Assembly: GCA_009926935.1 (NCBI GenBank)
Contig: RFNZ01000002.1
Span: 89,473 to 153,472, forward strand
From: Pseudomonadota bacterium
GTDB taxonomy: Bacteria > Pseudomonadota > Alphaproteobacteria > Micavibrionales > UBA1664
Direction: 5' to 3'
DNA length: 64,000 nucleotides
The notes below the pieces were generated by a model. That model was not told the origin of the DNA. It saw nothing but the letters and a program-made list of their open reading frames with translations, and did no database searches. Positions within the stretch are counted from its first letter, which is position 1. Each line of letters opens with the position of its first letter. Shown one piece after another: positions 48,201 to 58,038 of this stretch. The position numbers and the translations under genes are program-made.

Positions 48201-50671
48201 GCTACGCCCGGCACGCGCTTTGGATAACGCTTTTCAAGCATTGCGGTAATGCCTCTGCTGCGCAAATACGCATCCCGCGTCGGTTCTTTGAATAAATCTT
48301 TAAAGGTGCCCCGCCACGCATCGTAAGCGTCATTACATGCTTTTGTATCGCTATAATCGAACCCGATCCTGATCAGCATCTCATCCTTACGGTAAGGCGC
48401 GCGCCCTTCATCAATTTTTTTCCAATCAACCTTACTCTTGTTGATGAATGCGGTTATATAGGCCGCAGCATCTTGCTGATGGGCAGGTAGCTTTTCGCCT
48501 CGCACCTGATTGGCTCCCTCATGCTGAACTATGCGTACAGTCCGTTTGTGGGCATTCTTGTCACTTTCTTGCACCTCAAGCGTGGTATCCCACGACCCAT
48601 CAGCCGCACGTATCGAAATGATGTGGCTGTTTTTGATAACGCAGCTATGCGTATATCCTCGCACGCAGTGTCCCAGTTTATCCGCCTCTTGAACAAGAGC
48701 AGCCGTTGATGTCAGGCATTCATAAATAATGCCGTTCCGTTCAAACGTTTCAAACAAGGGCTCCCATTGTGCTGATTTATCGTACTTGCCGCTACGGGTA
48801 TGGAGCCGCGCTTCATGGCCGTGCCAGCGGTGCGACAGGCTGGCCATTTTAATGGCCGTCATGCCGTTAAAAACGGTGCGCGCTAAATCCCCTCCAAAGC
48901 CGTATGCATTAGGCAGCACATCCGTAAGCTCTTTGTCGGACAGTATTTCGGCAACGCTGTAACCGGCCGCCGTCGCATGCCTGAAAACTTCGGTCAAAAT
49001 GATCTGGTTGCAAAGATGCTTGTGAAAATCTGTATCGCGCCCACCCAGAGAGATACTGGACTGTTCCGCAACATCATGAAGCACAAGATACATAATTTCA
49101 GTCTTGTCGGCTTTTTTGCCCTTTACTAGCGGCGAGACTAAATCAAATTTCCGCGCATATCGCTCAAGGAGGTCGCCAAGTTTTTTGTAGACTGGTTTTT
49201 CTTCGCGACTAACTCCGTTATTCTCGTCATCAGCAATCGTGTTGCAGATCGTCGCCAGTTTTCTCGCCTCTTCAGCGCTCTTCGGCAGCCATTGGGTGGG
49301 AAGTTTATTAAGAATGCGTAGCGTTACAGGCGTACGCGCATCTCTTCTTTTTCTCTCATTTATGGCGGAAACCAGATACCGGATACGGAGCTGGTCAAGA
49401 TCCACAACCGATTTCGGTATCCCTGCCGGGTTTCGGCAGGCCGATAAAAATTCAAGCATGACCTCATCGGTTTTGCGGCCTGTGGCAAAGGCAACGCCCG
49501 ATATCTGATTTCTAATTCTAAATATAAGGAGCTGTTGGTCTCTCGTCATCGGGCGCCACTCGCGGGGCAGAACCTGTAGCTTCGGTAACTGCGCACCAAA
49601 ATGATAGAAGTCAGGATTTACCTCCATCCGCGGTCCATCAATGTACCGCACATCAAACTGCCCAAACCACGACAGAAACTCTTGCGTAATGGTAGGTGGC
49701 GGGCCATCGTGACGAAAATCCTGAGTTTCGGCTAGCCCCGCGTTCACGGCCTCTAGCAGCGTACCGTCATTATCCAGTGTATCGGTAATGGCACGCTGCA
49801 CGCGGTCATACCCGGCAAACCACCACACAAGGGCTGGCGCGGCTTCCATCGCCTGCCGTCTGCGCCTCAGTGCATCGGGGTTTGCACATAGTGCCTGCCA
49901 CTTCTGCTTTTCCTCGCCATATCGCTCCGGCATACGGCCAGTCAGCCACGTATAGGCCGTTTGATCAAAGTAGCGGGCCTTGCGCATGGTCTTGAGTGCA
50001 TCCTGATCAAGCGAGCGGATAAACTGCTTAATCGCGGTTCGCACTTTCTCCTGCGCAACACGCTCAAGATGCTTGGAAAGCCGCTGGTAATCTTCGTAAC
50101 GCCGATCAGGCAAAGAATAGATTCCGTCATCCACTTCAATTTCGCCTAAATAAACAGCGACGCTTTTCAAAAATCGTTCGGGAGCAGAATGCACAATTTT
50201 CTGTGTCGCCTGTCGTTGCATCTGTCCCAAAAAGTCAGGCACGTTAGAAGTGGATGCATGAAAATATGTTCCCATCTGTTTTTCAGGGGAGTACTCAAAT
50301 TCTTTGGAGAGGATAAAATCCCCAAGCTCCATCGCATCCATACCGCGCAACTTGTCATTGGCGATATACTGGTTTCTAAACACCATGCCGGGATTGGTAT
50401 GCGAAACAGCAACAACAAGCTTGTACGGGTCATCACGGTCACCATCGCTCTGGTCCAAAACCAGCACGACATCCGCCTCGCGGTTACCGCCCTTGGCTGA
50501 CTTCACAACTTCATGGCACTGGCTGGCATCCCACGCCTTATACATCTCCAGAATTTTGGCGATTTTTGCCTCGTCAGTGACGCCCAAATCCTCTCGCGCC
50601 CAAGCCTCGACAACCTTTGGCTCATACGCCTTGGCTGGCTGGTCAGTCACAAGATGGATAGGTCCATGCAT
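48197..50671 (-). CDS. Large hypothetical protein with a C-terminal PcfJ-like domain
   Basis: 824 aa. The C-terminal segment WEPLFETFERNGIIYECLTSTAALVQEADKLGHCVRGYTHSCVIKNSHIISIR matches my recollection of the PcfJ-like core (L..EG..M.HCV..Y...). The N-terminal roughly 650 aa is unrecognised. Confidence 0.45.
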   Translation of the reverse strand: MHGPIHLVTDQPAKAYEPKVVEAWAREDLGVTDEAKIAKILEMYKAWDASQCHEVVKSAKGGNREADVVLVLDQSDGDRDDPYKLVVAVSHTNPGMVFRNQYIANDKLRGMDAMELGDFILSKEFEYSPEKQMGTYFHASTSNVPDFLGQMQRQATQKIVHSAPERFLKSVAVYLGEIEVDDGIYSLPDRRYEDYQRLSKHLERVAQEKVRTAIKQFIRSLDQDALKTMRKARYFDQTAYTWLTGRMPERYGEEKQKWQALCANPDALRRRRQAMEAAPALVWWFAGYDRVQRAITDTLDNDGTLLEAVNAGLAETQDFRHDGPPPTITQEFLSWFGQFDVRYIDGPRMEVNPDFYHFGAQLPKLQVLPREWRPMTRDQQLLIFRIRNQISGVAFATGRKTDEVMLEFLSACRNPAGIPKSVVDLDQLRIRYLVSAINERKRRDARTPVTLRILNKLPTQWLPKSAEEARKLATICNTIADDENNGVSREEKPVYKKLGDLLERYARKFDLVSPLVKGKKADKTEIMYLVLHDVAEQSSISLGGRDTDFHKHLCNQIILTEVFRHATAAGYSVAEILSDKELTDVLPNAYGFGGDLARTVFNGMTAIKMASLSHRWHGHEARLHTRSGKYDKSAQWEPLFETFERNGIIYECLTSTAALVQEADKLGHCVRGYTHSCVIKNSHIISIRAADGSWDTTLEVQESDKNAHKRTVRIVQHEGANQVRGEKLPAHQQDAAAYITAFINKSKVDWKKIDEGRAPYRKDEMLIRIGFDYSDTKACNDAYDAWRGTFKDLFKEPTRDAYLRSRGITAMLEKRYPKRVPGVA

Positions 50672-50732
50672 ACGGGCACTCCTGAAAAATATCAGAAGAC
50701 CATAGCAACAAATCTTTGATTATGTCAAATAA

Positions 50733-51257
50733 TTAAGGGATACGTCCCATGAGCGATCCGGGGTTCAGGTAATCAAAAAACGTGCTGCTGGAGCGCTCAT
50801 GCACAACCCCGCCTGAAAGATCAGGTTTTTCAAGCAACAGCCCGTTTTTAAAGATTAAATTGACGGTGTAGTCAAACCCGTCCTCTTCGGTGCGGATACG
50901 CAAGGGGTTAACAAATCCGTGCTCCCGCTCAACGTCCCTGTATTTCAGCTGGTAGCCGTAAAGTTGGCGCATGAAGGCAGTCGTTTCCTCCCGTTCGGAG
51001 ATACTGTCCATAACCTGCATGGTATTGGCCCCATAAAGGGCAGATAGGATTTCATTGCGGTTCAACTGCCTGAGCTCTTCCGGTCTGCGCCCGAGCAGCA
51101 TCAAAACATGCCCCTCGCCCATTCCGGGCTGTAACTGGCCAACCTTGGCTTTGAAATCATCGGGTGACGGATAATACGAGGCATTCACGGAATCCGACCC
51201 ACCCGGAACCGGCGCTACACCGGCGCAACCAGCCAAAGCCAACACCAGAAACAGCAT
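50733..51257 (-). CDS. Putative lipoprotein
   Basis: Likely start MLFLVLALAGCAG (lipobox) at 51257; the track ORF extends to 51308. Confidence 0.55.
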   Translation of the reverse strand: MLFLVLALAGCAGVAPVPGGSDSVNASYYPSPDDFKAKVGQLQPGMGEGHVLMLLGRRPEELRQLNRNEILSALYGANTMQVMDSISEREETTAFMRQLYGYQLKYRDVEREHGFVNPLRIRTEEDGFDYTVNLIFKNGLLLEKPDLSGGVVHERSSSTFFDYLNPGSLMGRIP

Positions 51258-51344
51258 ACGGAAATAGTGATATCTCACACCTTCACTATACACCAAAACA
51301 GGGCGCAATTCACAGGAAAGAGCGATGTCTCTCCACAGGCCCGC

Positions 51345-52406
51345 TTAGTAAGGCACTGGGTATCGGCTGTAAACCTTGGCAATGTCAGCCCGCGTAGCAT
51401 CATCCAGCGTAAGGTCAAAGGCATCGATATTCGATTTCAGCTGAGCCATCGTCGTAGCTCCTATGATCGTCGCCGTAACAAAACTCTGTGTATCGACAAA
51501 TTTCAAAGCCATCTGGCAAGGGTCCAAGCCATACCTTTTGGCAACCATGTGATACTCGGCCACCGCCGCATGTGTCACCGGCACATTGCGGAAACTGTCA
51601 AAGTCATCGCGGACAAGTTTCTCATGATGCCAGCGCGTTCCTTCAGGAATTTTTCCATCGGCGTATTTGCCACTAATCAAACCGCAAGCGAGTGGCGACC
51701 ACGGCAAATAGGATACATCTTCCCGCACGCACACTTCGGCCACATACGGGTCATCACTGCGGTTAAGCAGGCTGAACTCGTTCTGGATGGAATGCATCCG
51801 CGGCAGGTTGTGGCGTTCGGATAGCGACAGGTATTTCATGATGCCCCACGCCGTATCATCGGAAAGGCCACAAAAGCGAACCTTGCCCGCTTTTACAACA
51901 TCATCAAGCCCGCGCAGAATATCCAAGAGGTTGTCTTCAACTTCCGCAGTCGTAACACTTGTAAAATCGACTTTACCGCCAAGGTTCCGCCCAAAATGTG
52001 GAAAAGGCCGGTTAGGCCAGTGCAACTGGTACAAGTCGATATAGTCTGTCTGTAGGCGTTTAAGCGACCCTTCAACCGCCTCGCGCACACTGTTTCCGGT
52101 GAGCGGGCTGCCGCCTCTGACCCACGGCACACCGGGGCCGGCGACTTTTGTCGCAAGAACTATATCGCGGCGCTTGCCTGTCTTTTTAAACCAGGTGCCG
52201 ATTATCTCCTCGGTCCGGCCGCATGTCGCCTCGGATGTAGGCACGGCGTAAAGCTCTGCCGTATCAAAAAAATTGACCCCGCGCGAAACGGCATAATCCA
52301 TCTGCTCATGACCTTGAGCCTCGCTGTTTTGCTGCCCCCATGTCATGGTGCCAAGACAAACGCGGGAGACGGTAAGGCCCGTACGGCCCAGCTTGGCCAT
52401 TTTCAT
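51345..52406 (-). CDS. NADP-dependent aldo/keto reductase (Tas-like)
   Basis: LGRTGLTVSRVCLGTMTWG, FFDTAELY, and the LQTDYIDLYQLHWP AKR signatures. 353 aa. Confidence 0.88.
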   Translation of the reverse strand: MKMAKLGRTGLTVSRVCLGTMTWGQQNSEAQGHEQMDYAVSRGVNFFDTAELYAVPTSEATCGRTEEIIGTWFKKTGKRRDIVLATKVAGPGVPWVRGGSPLTGNSVREAVEGSLKRLQTDYIDLYQLHWPNRPFPHFGRNLGGKVDFTSVTTAEVEDNLLDILRGLDDVVKAGKVRFCGLSDDTAWGIMKYLSLSERHNLPRMHSIQNEFSLLNRSDDPYVAEVCVREDVSYLPWSPLACGLISGKYADGKIPEGTRWHHEKLVRDDFDSFRNVPVTHAAVAEYHMVAKRYGLDPCQMALKFVDTQSFVTATIIGATTMAQLKSNIDAFDLTLDDATRADIAKVYSRYPVPY

Positions 52407-52433
52407 GCGACAAATCCTTTTTGGTTATGTGGA

Positions 52434-52508
52434 TGGTGCTGCCGGGGAGGATTGAACTCCCGACCTCGTCATTACCAATGACGCGCTCTACCACTGAGCT
52501 ACGGCAGC
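52434..52508 (-). tRNA. tRNA-Thr (GGT)
   Basis: Reverse complement gctgccgtagctcagtggtagagcgcgtcattggtaatgacgaggtcgggagttcaatcctccccggcagcacca. Anticodon loop ttGGTaa. Confidence 0.92.
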
Positions 52509-52588
52509 ATTGTTGTGGTTAAAACCTTGAAAATCGCACGGAAGCTAACTAAAAAATACCCTCCTGTCACCATAAAAAAGTCACTCCC

Positions 52589-52714
52589 ATGAGCGAAGCT
52601 ATTATCAAAGATGAAAACAAGAAAAAGCAGCAGGAAGCCCGTGATAAAAAGCGTGCTGAAGCCCTCAAGGCCAACCTCCTGCGCCGGAAAGTAGTTAAAA
52701 AATCCGTGGATTGA
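52589..52714 (+). CDS. Possible small basic protein (41 aa)
   Basis: My own reading: ATG at 52589 gives MSEAIIKDENKKKQQEARDKKRAEALKANLLRRKVVKKSVD, then a stop. It is below the ORF-track length cutoff. It lies in an otherwise empty 290-nt spacer upstream of dcd. Confidence 0.3.
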   Translation: MSEAIIKDENKKKQQEARDKKRAEALKANLLRRKVVKKSVD

Positions 52715-52801
52715 TGTGAATGAGCATCCATTTTTCTTGAAGTTTCGGGCTAGGATGGGTATCCATCAACGCTTGCCATAATTTTAAGGGTACTGACAGC
52801 C

Positions 52802-53383
52802 ATGGGCATACTGCCTGACCACTGGATCCGCCAACAGGCGACCGAACAGAAGATGATTGACCCGTTCGTCGAAAAACAGAACGGCAACGGCATTATTTCC
52901 TACGGCCTTTCATCCTACGGGTACGATGCCCGCCTCGATAACGAATTCATGATTTTCACGAACGTCTATAACAGCATCGTGGACCCCAAAAATTTCGATT
53001 CCAAAGCCTTCGTCAAATTCGAGGGCGATGTGTGCGTGATACCACCCAACAGCTTCGTGCTCGCGCAAACGAAGGAGTATTTCAAAATCCCGAACGACGT
53101 GCTTGTGGTCTGCCTCGGCAAATCCACCTATGCGCGTTGCGGCCTGATTGTAAACGTGACCCCGCTTGAACCGGGTTGGGAAGGCCAGGTCACACTCGAA
53201 ATTTCAAACACAACACCACTGCCTGCAAAAGTTTACGCAGGCGAAGGCATTGCACAATTTTTATTCTTAAAGGGCGATAGCGCCTGTGAGGTTACCTATG
53301 CAGCAAGAGCAGGAAAATACATGGGCCAGCGAGGCGTCACCCTCCCCAAGCTCAAAACAGCCGACACAAGCGAAGCAGCTTAA
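52802..53383 (+). CDS. dcd: dCTP deaminase
   Basis: [34 protein letters not shown] and [15 protein letters not shown]. 193 aa. Confidence 0.95.
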   Translation: MGILPDHWIRQQATEQKMIDPFVEKQNGNGIISYGLSSYGYDARLDNEFMIFTNVYNSIVDPKNFDSKAFVKFEGDVCVIPPNSFVLAQTKEYFKIPNDVLVVCLGKSTYARCGLIVNVTPLEPGWEGQVTLEISNTTPLPAKVYAGEGIAQFLFLKGDSACEVTYAARAGKYMGQRGVTLPKLKTADTSEAA

Positions 53384-54701
53384 GGTCGTCAACGACAACG
53401 CGGGCGATGGCGAGGCAGCCGCACAAGACGGCCTTGAAAAAATCCGTATTGTTGGCGGTAACGCCCTCAATGGCACCATCACGATTTCGGGCGCAAAAAA
53501 CGCGGCCCTTCCGCTGATGTGCGTCAGCCTGCTCTCGGAAGAACCGATAACCTTCAACAACATGCCCTTGGCCTTGCGTGACATTCAAACAATGTCCGAT
53601 TTGCTGGAACATTTGGGCGTACAAATCAAAGTCGAAAACGGCAAAGCCATTCTGCATTTGCAAGGCGACCAGATCGATAATTCAACGGCGCCATACGACC
53701 TCGTACGCAAAATGCGCGCATCCATTCTGGTGCTTGGCCCCTTGCTGGCCCGCACAGGCCACGCCAAGGTATCGCTGCCCGGCGGCTGTGCCATCGGCAC
53801 ACGCCCCGTTGATATGCACATCATGGGCCTTGAAGCCATGGGCGCAAAAATCCGCCTTGAAGATGGTTATATCATCGCCGAAGCACCAAATGGCCTCCAC
53901 GGCGCCAAAATCGCCTTCCCGAAAGTGACCGTGACTGGCACCGAAAACATCATGATGGCAGCCGCCTTGGTTGATGGCGAAACCGTTATTAACAACGCAG
54001 CGATGGAACCAGAGGTGACCGACCTCGGCGAATGCCTCGTGAAAATGGGCGCTGAAATCGAAGGCTTGGGCACATCCCGCCTTGTCATCCGCGGTAAAAA
54101 GAAATTGCATGCCGCAACCCACGATGTGATTGCCGACCGCATTGAAACCGGCACCTTCATGATTGCGGTCGCCTTGTGCGGCGGCACACTGCGCCTCAAA
54201 AAAGCGCGCCCCGATACGCTGCGCGCCCTCATCGGCATTCTTGAAGCCGCCGGCGTGAGCATTACCGAAGACGGCGAGGATGTCATCGTCAGCAAACCTG
54301 AAGGCGTGCGCATCAAGGGTATCGATATCATGACCGAGCCCTATCCCGCTTTCCCGACCGATTTGCAGGCCCAGTTCATGACAATGCTCACGCTCTGCGA
54401 GGGTGCAGGCATGGTGACCGAAACCATATTTGAAAACCGCTTCATGCACGTGCCTGAACTCGTACGCATGGGCGCCAACATCTCCACGCAAGGTAACTCC
54501 GCCATTATCCGCGGCGTTCAAAAACTCAAAGGCGCACCCGTGATGGCAACAGACCTTCGCGCAAGCGTGGCTCTCGTGCTCGCAGGATTAGTGGCGGAAG
54601 GCGAAACCTTCGTCCACCGTATCTATCACCTTGATAGGGGCTACGAAAACGTTGTGGAAAAACTGGCCGCCTGCGGCGCCGATATCTCCCGCATCCGCTA
54701 A
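53298..54701 (+). CDS. murA: UDP-N-acetylglucosamine 1-carboxyvinyltransferase, with an N-terminal low-complexity extension
   Basis: The core begins at [29 protein letters not shown] (about 53433). The active-site loop is [13 protein letters not shown]. The only canonical in-frame starts are the ATG at 53298 and the GTG at 53286, both inside dcd. Confidence 0.9.
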   Translation: MQQEQENTWASEASPSPSSKQPTQAKQLKVVNDNAGDGEAAAQDGLEKIRIVGGNALNGTITISGAKNAALPLMCVSLLSEEPITFNNMPLALRDIQTMSDLLEHLGVQIKVENGKAILHLQGDQIDNSTAPYDLVRKMRASILVLGPLLARTGHAKVSLPGGCAIGTRPVDMHIMGLEAMGAKIRLEDGYIIAEAPNGLHGAKIAFPKVTVTGTENIMMAAALVDGETVINNAAMEPEVTDLGECLVKMGAEIEGLGTSRLVIRGKKKLHAATHDVIADRIETGTFMIAVALCGGTLRLKKARPDTLRALIGILEAAGVSITEDGEDVIVSKPEGVRIKGIDIMTEPYPAFPTDLQAQFMTMLTLCEGAGMVTETIFENRFMHVPELVRMGANISTQGNSAIIRGVQKLKGAPVMATDLRASVALVLAGLVAEGETFVHRIYHLDRGYENVVEKLAACGADISRIR

Positions 54702-54763
54702 TAGCTGCTTGACATATAAACGCCTTCAGTATTTCCTGATCTCAAAGAAAAAAGAGTTCAGGG

Positions 54764-55447
54764 ATGATCACAGCACTTAGCGTAATACCAAAGGCAAAAT
54801 ACGTAGTTCACACCATAGGCCTCGACCCCGAAAGTAACCCGGGGCTGGTGGAAGTGATAAACGGCCTCAGCCTTCGCTACTTCCAAAGTCAGCGCGGAGG
54901 CATGTCGCGCGAGCATTTTCTGGAAGGTCTGCAATGCTCCATCGAATACTGGAAATTTGTTATCGATGTCGTAAACGACTTTGCAGGCGAACATATATCT
55001 CCGCTCGCCATGGGTTTTGATCCTGTATACGCAGCCGCCATAGGCGGCGTCGATATCGTGACACTGTCCAAGCAAAACCCGGATATTTACTGGAAGTCAG
55101 AGTCTGCCCGCGCAGCCACAATGCTGATGCTGCGCACGGCATCTCTCAAAACAGCCGACGCATTTGCAGCGGCAGGGTATGATGCCAGATATCTCTCCAT
55201 GGTCCTTACCTACGCCGATTTATGCAGTCAGAACGCGCTGCTCGATGCAAAGCCCGAAGCCTTTAGGCACGAACCGCTGGAGGATGTAGACGGCGTCGGC
55301 GTTGCAAAACTCCTGGGCTACCCCGCCTACCCAAGCAAACTAACCGATGCCATTCTTGCAACGGAAGCTGTCGTCTTTCAGAAATGGCGCAATCTATATG
55401 TGCCGCCAAAATCGGCCTCGCAACCCCACCGCTTTAGGATTGTATAA
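54764..55447 (+). CDS. Hypothetical protein
   Basis: 227-aa ORF with no recognisable domain or signal peptide. Confidence 0.45.
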   Translation: MITALSVIPKAKYVVHTIGLDPESNPGLVEVINGLSLRYFQSQRGGMSREHFLEGLQCSIEYWKFVIDVVNDFAGEHISPLAMGFDPVYAAAIGGVDIVTLSKQNPDIYWKSESARAATMLMLRTASLKTADAFAAAGYDARYLSMVLTYADLCSQNALLDAKPEAFRHEPLEDVDGVGVAKLLGYPAYPSKLTDAILATEAVVFQKWRNLYVPPKSASQPHRFRIV

Positions 55448-55558
55448 AAACCGAAGTTAATTGTGACATTCTAAGGGCAACCCACGGAATTACATAAACT
55501 TTTCGGCATTGTAAGGCATTTCTTAAAACTGCCCCGCTATCCTGAATAGAAGATATCA

Positions 55559-56197
55559 ATGGTGGGGCCCATGCAAAAAAACGATACGTATGAATTCCGT
55601 ACATATACAGCAACAATCATCGAAAGCAGAAACTGGAGTGAAACGCACTTTTCAGGCGGCGGCGGCGGTAGTGTACCGTTTGGCGGTGTACATGTATCAG
55701 ACATCAGCTCTCATTCTGTCTCGCGTCAGGTCGTATGGCTTCGTGACGACAAGGATGGTACGGAATTCGAATCCGAGCTCTCGACCACCAAGCTGGCATG
55801 CAGGGTCGGGCACAAGCTGCTTTTTGTGCATGGTAACTCTCTGCGTAAGAGCAACGCCAAATACGAAAAGCTACTTGCCATACGCAATCTGAATACCGGA
55901 CAAACCTACATGAATATCGAAGGTCATACCAGTATCATCAGCGATGCCGTGCCTTTCAGTTTCGCAACACTCATTGTATGGATTCTTCTATGCTACGCAT
56001 CCATTCTCGTTGTGCTTGAAGATTATCAAGGTCTCCTGCTGGCACTGGCCTTCGCGGTACCCATCGTTAGCTCATATTGTAGGCACCGTAAGCCAAGGAA
56101 ACTTTTAGACCGCCTTCTCGATGAAATTTTGCAGGAATCCACAAACAGCCAAGCAGGGCTGGAAACGCTTACAATTTCCGGCTTAGCAAGAGGATAG
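55559..56197 (+). CDS. Hypothetical membrane protein (soluble N-domain plus 2 TM helices)
   Basis: 212 aa. The N-terminal roughly 125 aa contains a GGGGGS stretch. Two hydrophobic helices follow (FSFATLIVWILLCYASILVVL; LLLALAFAVPIVSSY). Confidence 0.45.
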   Translation: MVGPMQKNDTYEFRTYTATIIESRNWSETHFSGGGGGSVPFGGVHVSDISSHSVSRQVVWLRDDKDGTEFESELSTTKLACRVGHKLLFVHGNSLRKSNAKYEKLLAIRNLNTGQTYMNIEGHTSIISDAVPFSFATLIVWILLCYASILVVLEDYQGLLLALAFAVPIVSSYCRHRKPRKLLDRLLDEILQESTNSQAGLETLTISGLARG

Positions 56198-56227
56198 CCT
56201 AATCACTGGACAAAAGTCCTTACCGCA

Positions 56228-56740
56228 TTGCACAATAAATATGTGACAGGCGTACTCAACATCAAGCACTACATGCACAAGGTCGAACTCGACGAGCGCG
56301 TGTTCGTCCGCAGAAATCCGGTTGTTGAGGCCGAGCGCGCCGCCGCCATCCGTGACCTCGTAAACGGAAATACCTTCAAGCTGCGGCAGGATGACCGCGG
56401 CCCGTACTATGTGCGTATCGGCCTTGAAAACCATTGCCTTATCCTGCGTGTGCGCGACTGCATGCGCAACGAGCTGCCCGATATTTCCATCTCTCTCAGC
56501 CCATTTCGAAAACTCATCAAAGACTATTTTTTGATTTGCGAGAGCTACCAGATGGCCTACTCAAGCGGCGATAAAGGCCGCCTTGAAACCGTTGATATGG
56601 CGCGCCGCGGCCTCCACGATGAGGGCGCACGCATTTTGCAGGAACGCCTGACAAGCGTAGCCGAACTCGATCACACAACAGCGCGCTGCATCTTTACCCT
56701 GCTCTGCGTTCTGCATATTGGCGCCGTTCAACCTTGGTAA
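56228..56740 (+). CDS. UPF0262-family protein
   Basis: ERAAAIRDLVNGNTF...GPYYVRIGLENHCLILRV...LSPFRKLIKDYFLICESY matches the alphaproteobacterial UPF0262 pattern. The start may be MHKVELDE at 56273. Confidence 0.75.
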   Translation: MHNKYVTGVLNIKHYMHKVELDERVFVRRNPVVEAERAAAIRDLVNGNTFKLRQDDRGPYYVRIGLENHCLILRVRDCMRNELPDISISLSPFRKLIKDYFLICESYQMAYSSGDKGRLETVDMARRGLHDEGARILQERLTSVAELDHTTARCIFTLLCVLHIGAVQPW

Positions 56741-56764
56741 AAATATGGTAGAATCGCCGCTGGC

Positions 56765-57181
56765 ATGACCCAGCGCATTCTCTTCCTGTGCGATCGCAAT
56801 TCCGTACGCTCTCCCATGGCAGCAGCCTTGCTGTCAGCGCGCGTGCCTGCGGCCAGTGTGGCCTCGGCAGGCCTGATGCCTGATGATGCCGTCAATCCCT
56901 TTGCCATCGGCGCTATGCTGGAAAACGGCGTGGATATTTCAGGCCACACGCCGGTACAGATAAGCCCGGAAAATATTAGCCCCGATATACTGGTCATCAC
57001 TCTCACCCGCGGAACCTTTGATCACGCTCGGCAGTGGCGCAAAAACACAGGCTTTGAGCTGGAATTCTGGGATCTGCCGGATGTCCCCGAGCCGGAAGGC
57101 CCAAGAGATCTGATCGTCGACGGCTTCCGTGCCATCCGTGAAGCGCTTAAAGCCCATATCCGCAACCGCTTCGGATCATAA
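56765..57181 (+). CDS. Low-molecular-weight phosphotyrosine phosphatase / ArsC-like protein
   Basis: N-terminal P-loop ILFLCDRNSVRSPMAAAL (CX5R-S). 138 aa. Confidence 0.8.
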   Translation: MTQRILFLCDRNSVRSPMAAALLSARVPAASVASAGLMPDDAVNPFAIGAMLENGVDISGHTPVQISPENISPDILVITLTRGTFDHARQWRKNTGFELEFWDLPDVPEPEGPRDLIVDGFRAIREALKAHIRNRFGS

Positions 57182-57251
57182 AAAATCTTGAAATCTGAAT
57201 AGGTTGGGCTATAACAGGCGCTATTAAACAGCCTTTCAAGGATATACCCCT

Positions 57252-57470
57252 GTGGCAAAAGAAGATCTGATCGAATTCAAAGGCGTCGTAAACGAAGTCC
57301 TTCCCAACGCTATGTTCCGCGTAAAGCTTGAAAACGGGCATGAAGTGCTTGCCCACTCCGCTGGCAAAATGCGCAAAAACCGTATCCGCGTGCTTGCGGG
57401 CGATAACGTGGTCGTTGAAATGACCCCGTATGACCTTACCAAAGGCCGCATCATCTTCCGTGAAAAGTAA
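57252..57470 (+). CDS. infA: Translation initiation factor IF-1
   Basis: GTG start. [69 protein letters not shown]. Confidence 0.97.
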   Translation: MAKEDLIEFKGVVNEVLPNAMFRVKLENGHEVLAHSAGKMRKNRIRVLAGDNVVVEMTPYDLTKGRIIFREK

Positions 57471-58038
57471 GCTGATCCTGGCATCGGCATCGCCGCGCCG
57501 CCTTGAGTTACTGGCAGCCCAGGGCATCGTACCTGATGCCGTTATTGCCGCCGACATCGACGAAACCCCGCTTAAAAACGAAAAAGCAAAAGCCATGGTG
57601 CTGCGCCTTGCTCAAGCCAAGGCCAAAGCCATTGCCGAAAAGCACCCAGATAGTTTTGTACTGGCAGCCGACACAACCGTAGCCGTAGGCCGCCGCATTC
57701 TGGGCAAGCCCGAAAACGAATCCGAGGCGCGCGCGTTTTTAAAACTTCTTTCTGGCCGCAATCACCGTGTCTGGGGTGGTATCGCCCTTGCAACGCCACA
57801 GCGAAAAACCGTAACTCGCGCTGTCTGCACCACGGTCAAATTTAAACATCTCTCCCAGCGTGAAATCGATTCTTACATTGCTTCCGGCGAGTGGCAGGGC
57901 AAGGCGGGAGGCTACGGCATACAAGGCCGCGCCGGCGCCTTCGTCGCATCCAACAACGGCTCATATACCAATATCGTCGGCCTAAGTATTTATGATACAA
58001 TGAATATATTGAACGGTAACGGTTATGGCTTCTCATGA
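57460..58038 (+). CDS. maf: Maf-like nucleoside triphosphate pyrophosphatase
   Basis: The probable GTG start at 57460 gives [18 protein letters not shown]. It overlaps the infA end by 11 nt. GGYGIQG motif near the C-terminus. Confidence 0.88.
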   Translation: MKSKLILASASPRRLELLAAQGIVPDAVIAADIDETPLKNEKAKAMVLRLAQAKAKAIAEKHPDSFVLAADTTVAVGRRILGKPENESEARAFLKLLSGRNHRVWGGIALATPQRKTVTRAVCTTVKFKHLSQREIDSYIASGEWQGKAGGYGIQGRAGAFVASNNGSYTNIVGLSIYDTMNILNGNGYGFS

